Below are positions 9,661-18,200 of a stretch of 54,112 nucleotides of DNA, piece by piece. Each line of letters opens with the position of its first letter. The first letter of the stretch is position 1. Made by a program: the position numbers and the translations under genes. The DNA comes from Polyangiales bacterium (GTDB taxonomy: Bacteria > Myxococcota_A > Polyangia > Polyangiales > Houyiibacteriaceae): assembly GCA_045106895.1 (NCBI GenBank), contig JBGCFM010000243.1, positions 1 through 54,112 on the forward strand, given 5' to 3'. The notes beneath the pieces were generated by a model. The model did no database searches and had not been told where the DNA came from. It saw only the letters and a program-made list of their open reading frames with translations.

Positions 9661-10845
9661 ATGGCCGACGCCAACGAGCCGATTCTTCGAATCCGCAAGA
9701 ATCTGGGACGGGTTCTGGGAGCCGGGCATCCGTGGGTTTATCGCGATGCCCTCGACGCTTTTGACCTACCACCCGGGACACCTGTTCAGGTACACGACAA
9801 AAAAGGGGCCTTCGTCGCACGCGGCTTCACGGAGTCGGGCGCCATCGGCGTACGAATCTTCACCACCCGCGACGAACCCCTAGGCCACTCATTTTTTGAG
9901 AGGCGTTTCAAGGCGGCCTTCGGATTGAGGCAGGCGCTCGTCGCCAGCGACGACACCACCGTCTACCGCCTTTGTCACGGGGAGGGCGATCGTTTGCCGG
10001 GAATAGCCCTCGACCACTACGGCGCCGAGGAAGGCGACTTCGTGGTTCTCCGTCTCGATGGCGAGGCGGCACCGAGCCTCGAAGCCATGCTTGTGGAGGT
10101 GCTCACTCCGATCCTCAAAAAACGAGGCACCTTGGGCCTGCTGTCCCGAATTGGCCGAAGCGGCCAGGCGCCTCGTCTCGCTTGGGGAGAGGCGCCCCCG
10201 GACCAAGTCAAAGTACGTGAGTGCGGCATGGTGCTCTGCGCGGACCTCTGGCGCGGACAGAAAACCGGCCTCTTCTTGGACCATCGGGAGTCCCGCAAGC
10301 GCGTGCGCTCCCTCGCCAAAGGCCGACGGGTCCTGAACCTCTACGCCTACACCGGCGGCTTCAGCGTCGCCGCGGGTCTTGGCGGTGCGTCACACGTCAC
10401 CACCGTCGACGTGGCGCCGGCGGCCATCGCGCTCTCCGAAGCTTCGTGGGCGGCCAACGACTTGAAACCTGGACGTCACACGGCTCTTGCCCGCGACGTG
10501 CGCACCCACATGGAGCAGGACAGCCAGATGTACGAGCTCATCGTGAGCGATCCGCCGAGCTTCGCGCCCAACGAGAAGAGCGTGGAGAAAGCCCTCGGCG
10601 CGTACGAGCAGCTTCACGCTTCGTGCCTCAAGCGCCTCTTGCCCGGCGGCATCTTCGTGGCGGCGTCGTGTTCCAGTCATGTGCGAGGCGCGGACTTCGA
10701 CGAGACCATCGCGAAGGGCGCGTCACGCGCTGGTCGAGTGCTGCAGGTCTTGCATCGCGGCAGCGCGCCCCCCGACCACCCAAGGCTCCTGGCTTTCCCC
10801 GAAGGCGACTACCTCGATGTCGTCGTAGCCCGCTCTCTCGGGTAG
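9661..10845 (+). CDS. rlmI: Class I SAM-dependent rRNA methyltransferase, RlmI/RlmK family
   Basis: PUA-like 'GHPWVY'; 'YRLCHGEGDRLPG'; 'GQKTGLFLDHRESR'; 'VLNLYAYTGGFS'; 'DPPSF'; 'SCSSH'; 'PDHP...FPEGDYL'. Confidence 0.88.
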   Translation: MADANEPILRIRKNLGRVLGAGHPWVYRDALDAFDLPPGTPVQVHDKKGAFVARGFTESGAIGVRIFTTRDEPLGHSFFERRFKAAFGLRQALVASDDTTVYRLCHGEGDRLPGIALDHYGAEEGDFVVLRLDGEAAPSLEAMLVEVLTPILKKRGTLGLLSRIGRSGQAPRLAWGEAPPDQVKVRECGMVLCADLWRGQKTGLFLDHRESRKRVRSLAKGRRVLNLYAYTGGFSVAAGLGGASHVTTVDVAPAAIALSEASWAANDLKPGRHTALARDVRTHMEQDSQMYELIVSDPPSFAPNEKSVEKALGAYEQLHASCLKRLLPGGIFVAASCSSHVRGADFDETIAKGASRAGRVLQVLHRGSAPPDHPRLLAFPEGDYLDVVVARSLG

Positions 10846-10917
10846 CCGCCGACACCAGTTTTCGCTGACGAAAAAACGTAGTTTGCAAGACGTGCGCAGA
10901 TACGTTACGCCTGAACT

Positions 10918-12816
10918 ATGAATCAGCTTAGCTTAGCTTAGCTTAGCTCAGCTCAGCTCAGCTCACTAGCACTAGCATTGCGTTTTTCATCGCGTCCTGC
11001 GTGACAGGCCCGCCGAATGGCACATCTATGGCGTCAACCACAAGTTCGGTGTTGCTTTCGGGCTATTCTATATCACCAACTGAGTACATCGACTTTGGAG
11101 GCTCGAACGCCTCCATTTGGCGTCTGGCAACCTCTCGCATTGTCAACACAAACGGGTTCGAGCGTCTCATATAGCCACTTCGGGACGAACCTTTACGCGT
11201 GGAGCCGATACCTCAGCATTCCAACTGCGTTTTGGGAGAATGGTGCCGTGGGTCACAGAACTCAGGTTCGCGCTATCCGACGTGCGGATGGCTCCGTACT
11301 CAACACGTTTGAAACCACCAGCGGAGGAACCCTCACCTGTCTTCAAGGCAGCACAAACTGGAGCAACTTCCTAACGAACTGCACTTCCCACAGCAACGGC
11401 GCACTGGGTCTACAGACGTCAAACTTCGTTCCAAATGTCACCGTGGGTCGTGTGGACTGTTCTCACACCGGCCAAAACGCCTGTTCACCCTGCGGCATCG
11501 ATTTGGCTTCGACGAGCCCAACATCGCCTGGTGAACTCTATCAACCCAATCTGGACATCGAGCATCCTGACGACGGCTATCGTCTCGAGAGTGGAACCAT
11601 GATTGGCATACACACAGGTATTGGTGGGCACACGCAAGGAGTCGCTCGACTCCGCGATCTCATCGTTTCGTACAACACCAATGGGACCCAAGACCGCGTC
11701 GGTCGCGTCATTCACACCGACAACGCCTTCGACAGCGGCCTCACGTATTACGAGCAAAATGCGACGACAGGCATTTGCGGACTCTGGGACACGGTCTACT
11801 ACACCACCGTCGACCCTCAGCGGCAGTACCGGCAGAACCTCCGCGCCGACTATGGGCATCCAGGTGGTGCTCAAGCGCATGGAGACTACGTCGTTGTAGC
11901 GCTCGAAGACTATGGCAAGGACACGGAGACAGACTGGAGCGCATACGCTCTCAACCTCCCACCAGGAGTCACGCCTGCAGCGGACGGCGCCGCAGTGTAT
12001 TTTCTCCACTACGCCCCAACGCCTGGCTCTATCGGCACTGTCGCGAGCGTACTGCTCCTGGATGGTAGTCAGGGTGAGCCGGAGCAAACCGGCGCAACTC
12101 GCGCGGCGGCGGCATCGTTCGTACAGCTTGCGGACCATCACTTCCTCCTAGCGGTGGCGGGAGGCGATCACATCTGGTTCTACTACTCCGACCGAACCAC
12201 CATCGACTTGGACACGCAGTGGAAGTTCATCAGCTTTTGGTCGCCCGATGACACCACGCATCCCTACGAACCGGACTGTCTCGACAACGCTGACGGCGAT
12301 AACCTCGACGACTGCTACGGCGCTAGCGGGGGACTTGGGGGCATGGCGCTGATGACCGACTGCAGCGGCGCGATCTATTTGGTGACGATGAATGGTAGTT
12401 CCGGCATTGCAGGTGACCAGTATCAGTACTGGCAAGTTTGGCGACTGCTCCAGCACTCCTCGGGTGCAGTTCAGCTCTTTCAAAACTCGTGGCAACGTGA
12501 CTACACAGGAGTGAGCCAAACAAACAACCCCGCTTTCCGATGGAGTGGCGGCGCGTATATGTCCACGCTGAAGCGGCCGGTACTCTTCAATACGGAACGC
12601 GGAACCAACGAAGGGGACAACCAACTTATCGATGGTCATCTGTACTATCGAATAGACGCGTGCGGAGGTCGTTCTTCCGAGCCCGCGTTCGAATCAAGAG
12701 GGCCGCTGTCCGACCCTGATTCGGGCTTTGACCAACGAGTGCCAAGCGAGATGCGGGTTGGCGGGGCTCCCATGCGGGACCAGCAAGTGCTGCGCGAGCG
12801 CGAGGTCGCACGATGA
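10918..12816 (+). pseudogene. Frameshifted or phase-variable lipoprotein of an uncharacterised family (probable beta-propeller C-terminal domain)
   Basis: The listed ORF 11017..12816 has an implausible N-terminus. Another frame (10947-11174) reads TSTSIAFFIAS-C-VTGPPNGTSMASTTSSVLLSGYSISPTEYIDF, with a lipobox-like Cys at 10998. It joins the main ORF (EARTPPFGVW...) if one base is removed at GACTTTGGAG (11091-11100). Confidence 0.6.
10925..10976 (+). repeat. Simple sequence repeat: (AGCTT)4(AGCTC)4 followed by (ACTAGC)2
   Basis: Read directly from 10925-10964 and 10965-10976. It begins 7 nt after the first base of an ATG at 10918. Confidence 0.97.
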
Positions 12817-13289
12817 GGTTTGTGGTTGGATGTGTCTTGATCACGGCTGGACTTACGCTCGCTTGTTCCCAAGCCAGTGCTCAGAGCGACGAAGTTCGGG
12901 AACAGCCGCTTGAGCTTCGCCTCGAGCACGATTTCCAAGAAGTCTTTGGACGAACGAGCGTCGATTTCGACCGCAAGGTTCGTCGTCTTCGAATTGCGGG
13001 TTGGTCATGTTTCGCTGCGGCAGTAGTCACCCTGGGGGCGGCATACAGCGGACTCGCCTTGGATGTTTGGGACGCGGATGGGGCTGCGGCGTTTGGTGTA
13101 CTAGCTGGGTCGATCCTTCTCGCTGGCACACTGTGGATAGCCAGTGCAGGAATACTCATTCGTGCCAGGCGTCTGGTTCGGCGCCGCCGGCGGTGGCAAG
13201 AATCGCATGACTCTCCCGTCTCACGGGGGGAGACGTCATGGGACCTGCGTGTTGGTCTCGGTAGAGCACAGCTGAGTCTTCGATTCTGA
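12813..13289 (+). CDS. Hypothetical exported/membrane protein
   Basis: ATGA overlap with the upstream ORF; signal-like N-terminus ending ASAQ; two hydrophobic segments; C-terminal 'AQLSLRF'. Confidence 0.65.
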   Translation: MRFVVGCVLITAGLTLACSQASAQSDEVREQPLELRLEHDFQEVFGRTSVDFDRKVRRLRIAGWSCFAAAVVTLGAAYSGLALDVWDADGAAAFGVLAGSILLAGTLWIASAGILIRARRLVRRRRRWQESHDSPVSRGETSWDLRVGLGRAQLSLRF

Positions 13290-13329
13290 GAACGTACGTT
13301 CTCGCCACCTCATGAGGAGCTGATCTGGG

Positions 13330-13908
13330 TTAGGGCGTCGATGCGTGGTCACAATCGAGCTTGAGTAAGTCCGTCTCGCTGGCGAAGTCCGACGCAGCGC
13401 CGATGATCGCCCGCGTCGCCTTGAGCGCAGCGTGGAGGTGTGGGTTCCATGGCGCATCGCTGGTTCGGTCGACGGCCGCGCGCGCCAACAAGACCACGTC
13501 ACCTTCGCCGTGAAGGGCGTCGGCAGGAAGAGAGTCGTAGAACGCGCGATGCTCCGTCGTCGGTGCAAACGCGCGGCGGAGTCCAAGGGGCGTCAGCAGC
13601 GCACACTGCGTTCGGAGACAGGCGCGTTCGCGAGGCAGGTCGCCGTCCCCGATATTGTCCAGACCCCAGTCCGGCTTCGACAGATTCGCCGGGCCCTGGA
13701 CGAGCGAATGACAGAGCTCGTGGAAGATCATCTGCCCCAAACAGTCGTCCGCGTCGAGGGTATCCGGCGCCCCGAGAACGAGCCCGCCCGCGCCATCCCA
13801 GGCGGCGAACACCTCGCTGGAGCGGCTCACCTTGACGCCCATGGCGGCTGCAGCACCCAGCCAAACTTGGTCGAGGGGGTCCCGATATTGGCGTGAAACG
13901 AGCCGCAT
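13330..13908 (-). CDS. Hypothetical HExxH protein (loosely EpmC/YfcM-like motif)
   Basis: 'MIFHELCHSLVQG...PDWGLDN...ERAC'. Start moved to ATG 13908 to leave room for the divergent promoter. Confidence 0.65.
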   Translation of the reverse strand: MRLVSRQYRDPLDQVWLGAAAAMGVKVSRSSEVFAAWDGAGGLVLGAPDTLDADDCLGQMIFHELCHSLVQGPANLSKPDWGLDNIGDGDLPRERACLRTQCALLTPLGLRRAFAPTTEHRAFYDSLPADALHGEGDVVLLARAAVDRTSDAPWNPHLHAALKATRAIIGAASDFASETDLLKLDCDHASTP

Positions 13909-13968
13909 GCGTCGAAATTGACCCAAGTGCCGCCTTTGGTCCACCCTTGTGTGGGATAATGTAGTCAA

Positions 13969-15165
13969 ATGAGCGACCTAAACCTACCAGTGCTTCCTCC
14001 ACGCGAAGAGCGGCGACGTCGTTCGGACCGTCGATCGTCGGATCCGGCGAAGCGCGATCGGCGCCGTGCTTCTTCCTCGTCATGGACCGGCCCCGAGCGA
14101 CGCCGCGGACCGCGTCGCGTGTTTGATCGGCGAAAGCAGAATGTCCTCCGCGCTCTGCTCGCGACGCTCCTATGCATGTTCTGCCTCGCGGCACCCCCCG
14201 ACCTGCAAGCGGACAATAGCGAGCCCGGCTGCTTGAAACCTGCCGTCATGCTGGAGTTCTACGGACGCGCGCGAGAAGCCAAGGAGCTCTCCTTAGCGCT
14301 CTGTGATGGAACACCGAACCTCGCTGTGCTGGATGAGTTCAGCGTTCACGTTCGACCCAGAGGCGCGCGCATTCCTCGTCCGGGTGACACCCTCCGCCGG
14401 AACGAACAAGAAGGCTTCGTGGGCCGCGACATCCGCCGCTTCGACCCGCGGGTTCTTTCACGACTTCAAGAAGTGACGGAGCGATGGCCGGACAAACGCA
14501 TCATCGTTGTGTCCGCCTATCGGCCTGGCGCACGCGTGGGTTCAAGACATCACCACGCCCAAGCCATCGACATTCGCGTCGAAGGTGTACACCGCGCCGA
14601 GGTCGCGGAGTTTGCCCGGGCTCTCCCGCAGACCGGCGTCGGCTTCTATCCCGCCAGCACGTTCACCCACATCGACGTTCGGATACGTCCGAGCTTCTGG
14701 GTCGACGAGAGCGAGCCCGGGCAGCGATCACGCTATGTACCTGGCGACGAAGAAGACGCGTTCTTCGCCGCCGCCCTCGCGGCGCTCCCTTCGCGAATCG
14801 CCGCCGCCGCTGCCGCCGCGCCCGCCAGCGCGCTCCCTGTCCTCGTCGAAGAGCCGCCTGCGGAGCCGAGCGTCGCGCGACGGGCTCAAAGAACAAGCCC
14901 GGTTCTCAGCGGTGTTCAACGCGCCGTTCGAGAAGGGCTGCGCGGCGCCTTTGTGGTCTCGCCTCCGAGTCAATCGTCTTCGAATATGCGCGTCGCGAGC
15001 GCGCCACCACCGTCCCCTCCGCCTAGAGATGCGCGACCGGCTGGTGAGCTTCCTGCGAGCCCAGAATCGATGCGCGAGCTCCCATCGAGCCCCGGGACTG
15101 TTGCCAGTCAGCGCGCTGACCCTAGCCCCGCCCGGGACCCCATCAATTGGGAGGCCCCGTGGTAG
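13969..15165 (+). CDS. YcbK/DUF882 family (peptidase M15) protein with a Pro-rich tail
   Basis: 'IIVVSAYR...SRHHHAQAIDIRV...GVGFYPASTFTHIDVR' gives the HxxxxxxD...HxD zinc-ligand pattern of LAS peptidases. Confidence 0.85.
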   Translation: MSDLNLPVLPPREERRRRSDRRSSDPAKRDRRRASSSSWTGPERRRGPRRVFDRRKQNVLRALLATLLCMFCLAAPPDLQADNSEPGCLKPAVMLEFYGRAREAKELSLALCDGTPNLAVLDEFSVHVRPRGARIPRPGDTLRRNEQEGFVGRDIRRFDPRVLSRLQEVTERWPDKRIIVVSAYRPGARVGSRHHHAQAIDIRVEGVHRAEVAEFARALPQTGVGFYPASTFTHIDVRIRPSFWVDESEPGQRSRYVPGDEEDAFFAAALAALPSRIAAAAAAAPASALPVLVEEPPAEPSVARRAQRTSPVLSGVQRAVREGLRGAFVVSPPSQSSSNMRVASAPPPSPPPRDARPAGELPASPESMRELPSSPGTVASQRADPSPARDPINWEAPW

Positions 15166-15280
15166 AATTAAACGTGCAGCAAATCGTCGAAGGACGACCG
15201 GCCACTTTGATACAGTCCTCGGGAACAGGGGGGGGTCGCCGTATGGGGTCCCCAACCCGGTCACAATGTTCAGGAATCGA

Positions 15281-18200
15281 ATGAAGAATATACTAGTGGG
15301 CGCTCTCAGCGTCTTTTCGACCTTCACCTTCGCACACTCCGCCTTCGCGGTCTGCGGTGACAACAACCTAGAGCCCGCTGAAGAGTGCGACGACGGGAAC
15401 ATCACCAGCGGTGATGGCTGTTCCAACCTCTGCGTCGTCGAAGAATCGTTCGCGTGCGAGACGGTGACCTTTACGGTTCAGCACAACGAGAGCCTCACCG
15501 GCGGAACCGCGCCCAACTGGGTCGTGGATGCCGACGAGCGGGGCATCTCCGAGACTACTAATTCTGTCGCAACGGTCTTCAGCACGAATATGCCCGCCCA
15601 GATCGGCGAGATTACCTTCGACATGCGCGTCAATCGCTCCGGTGACGACGACTTCCTGGGATGGACCATCGGGTACGACGCCGGCGAGATGAGTTCGACG
15701 ACGACGCCTCCGGACACCGACTATCTGTACTGGTCGTGGAAGCAGCTTCGTCAAAGCAGTGGCGGAATGCGTGAAGCGGGGATGATCGTGAGTCGCGTCA
15801 CGGGCCCGGCGAACGATGGCGCCTACTGGCGTGGACGCGATGGGAACATTACGCAGGTTGCCGAAGCGAACAACTTCGGTCTGGGCTCGGCCGTGGACGA
15901 GAGTTCAGGCTGGGACGATTTTCGCTGGTACCGCGTCAACATGGTCGTCACTCCCGGACGGGTTCGCGTCTGGATGCGCGAAGGCAATACGAGCAACAGT
16001 GGCAACCCGGCAGACCGTGGTTTCGCACCTCTGGATCGCGTCGCGAACCTCGAGTTCGACCTCCGCATCGACATCCCCGCAGGCAACTTTGGTTTCTACG
16101 CTCAGTCTCAACAAGACCTGCGCTACGAACTCATCGGCCCAGTGAGCGACAGCGTCTGCTCGCCGGACCAAGATGAAGACGGCATCAAAGACCTCTCAGA
16201 CCTCGACTCAGACCGCGACGGCATCCTCGACGCCGACGAGATGCCCGGGTTCCTCGACGACCCGGACGCCGACGAGGACCTTGACGGCGTTCCAGACTGG
16301 AACGACCCCGACCACGTCCCCGGCGGATGTGTTGCCGCAGGCTCCCAGTGCGCGACGCTTCCGACGGCACTCGATGTTGACGGCGACGGTATCCCCAATC
16401 ACCTCGACAGGGACTCCGATGGAGATGGGATCACCGACGCACGCGAAGCGGGACTGACGGACGATGATGGCGACGGTCGACCCGACGCGTGCACGACGGT
16501 CACCGACCGAGGCGTGTGCATCGCTGGCGGCCTGATGGAGCCAGCGACGAACACCGACGGCGGAGCGCCGGACTTCCTCGATCCGGACTCGGACGGTGAC
16601 GGACTCTCCGACTTGAGCGAGGCCTATGACACCGACGGAAACGGCATGGCCAACCTTTCACCCACCGGTAGCGACACCGATGGCGACGGTATCGATGACG
16701 CGTTCGACCCCGACTGCGTCCTCGCGACGTGTGGCGGCACTCTTGGACAGCCGGTTTTGGGTGTCCTCACGCCTGCGCAGGACTCGGACCTGGACGGTGT
16801 GCCGGACTGGCAGACGACTTGCGGTGACGCGTACGTGCGGGGAGGTGAAGCTTGCGACGATGGCAACAACGTAAATGCGGATATGTGCACCAACGCCTGC
16901 CTTCGGACCGACACCATTGGCTGTACGGCAAACGGACAGTGCGCGTCGAACGCGTGCGACGGCAGCCTGATGTCGTGCCAGCCCTGTGTGGACGACACAG
17001 CCGCGGGAACCGACCGCGGTTGCTCCGCGGGAGTGCCGGCTTGCGTGACTATCGGTATGGTCAATTCCTGCGTGGAGTGCACCGGCGACGTTCAGTGCGG
17101 TGGGTCCGAGATCTGCATCGCGAACACCTGTGTCAGCTGCACCGATGACGTCGCCGGAAATGGCCTCGACACCGGATGTCGGGCGGAAGCACCGGTGTGC
17201 GATGTCTCTGGCGCGAGCCCCGTCTGTCGGGTTTGCCTCGATGATTCCGCCGGTGGCTCCGACACGGGCTGCGGCGACGCCGCGCCCGTCTGTGACGCCA
17301 CGAGCGGGAACGGCGTTTGTTTGGTCTGCGAGGACAACGCCGGCGGAACGATGATGGACTTTGGCTGCAGTGCTGCAGGCGCACCGGTGTGCCTCGACCC
17401 CATCGGTGCCGCTCCTCCACTTTGCGTGGAGTGCGCCGGCGACGCGGACTGCCCTGCGATGGGCGAGGTCTGTGGGCCTGACAACACATGCGTGCCCGGC
17501 TGCAACGAGGCATCGGACTGTGAAGGTACAGCCCTTGCCATTTGCGACATCGCTGGTCGTGTTTGCGTCGAGTGTCTCGACGACAGTGCCTGTAACGGCG
17601 ATGAAGTCTGTGGTCTTGGTACCTGCGGACTCCCCGATTCTGACATGGACGGCATCGCCGACGACGTCGACCTCGACGACGACAACGACGGCATTCTCGA
17701 CTCGGAAGAAGGCAGTGGGACCGACTACAGCCAAGATTCCGATGGTGACGGCTGGCCCGACTATAAGGACCCGGAGAGCGTCACCTGTGACGACGACAAC
17801 GACGATGGCGCTTGCGATGTGCTGCCCATGATCGTTGACTTCGATGGCGATGGTGTCCCAAACCATCTGGACCTCGACGCGGACGGCGACGGCATCGCCG
17901 ACATTATTGAAGGCGGCGGCGAAGACGCGGACGGCAACGGCCGCGTGGATGGCTTCAGCGACGGCGATCGCAATGGCGTCGACGATGAACTCGACATGAC
18001 GCCGTTGCCGGTTCCCAACACCGACATGAGTGGCGGCAAGGACTTCCTCGATCTCGATTCCGACGACGACGGTCTCACCGACACCTTTGAGGCTGGCGGT
18101 ACCGACGACGACGGTGACGGTCGACCCGATGTCGCCACGGACGATAACTTCGATGGCTGGGCCGACGAACTGGACGGAGCCGACGTGCTGCCCTTGACGG

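Noticed and set aside
10860..13340. Integron cassette or IS-bounded insert
   Set aside because: No convincing attC (RYYYAAC...GTTRRRY) pair, terminal inverted repeats or target duplication could be found by eye.
14507..15265. N-terminal extension of the 1909-aa ORF
   Set aside because: It overlaps the YcbK gene in another frame; a signal peptide and RBS appear only at 15281.
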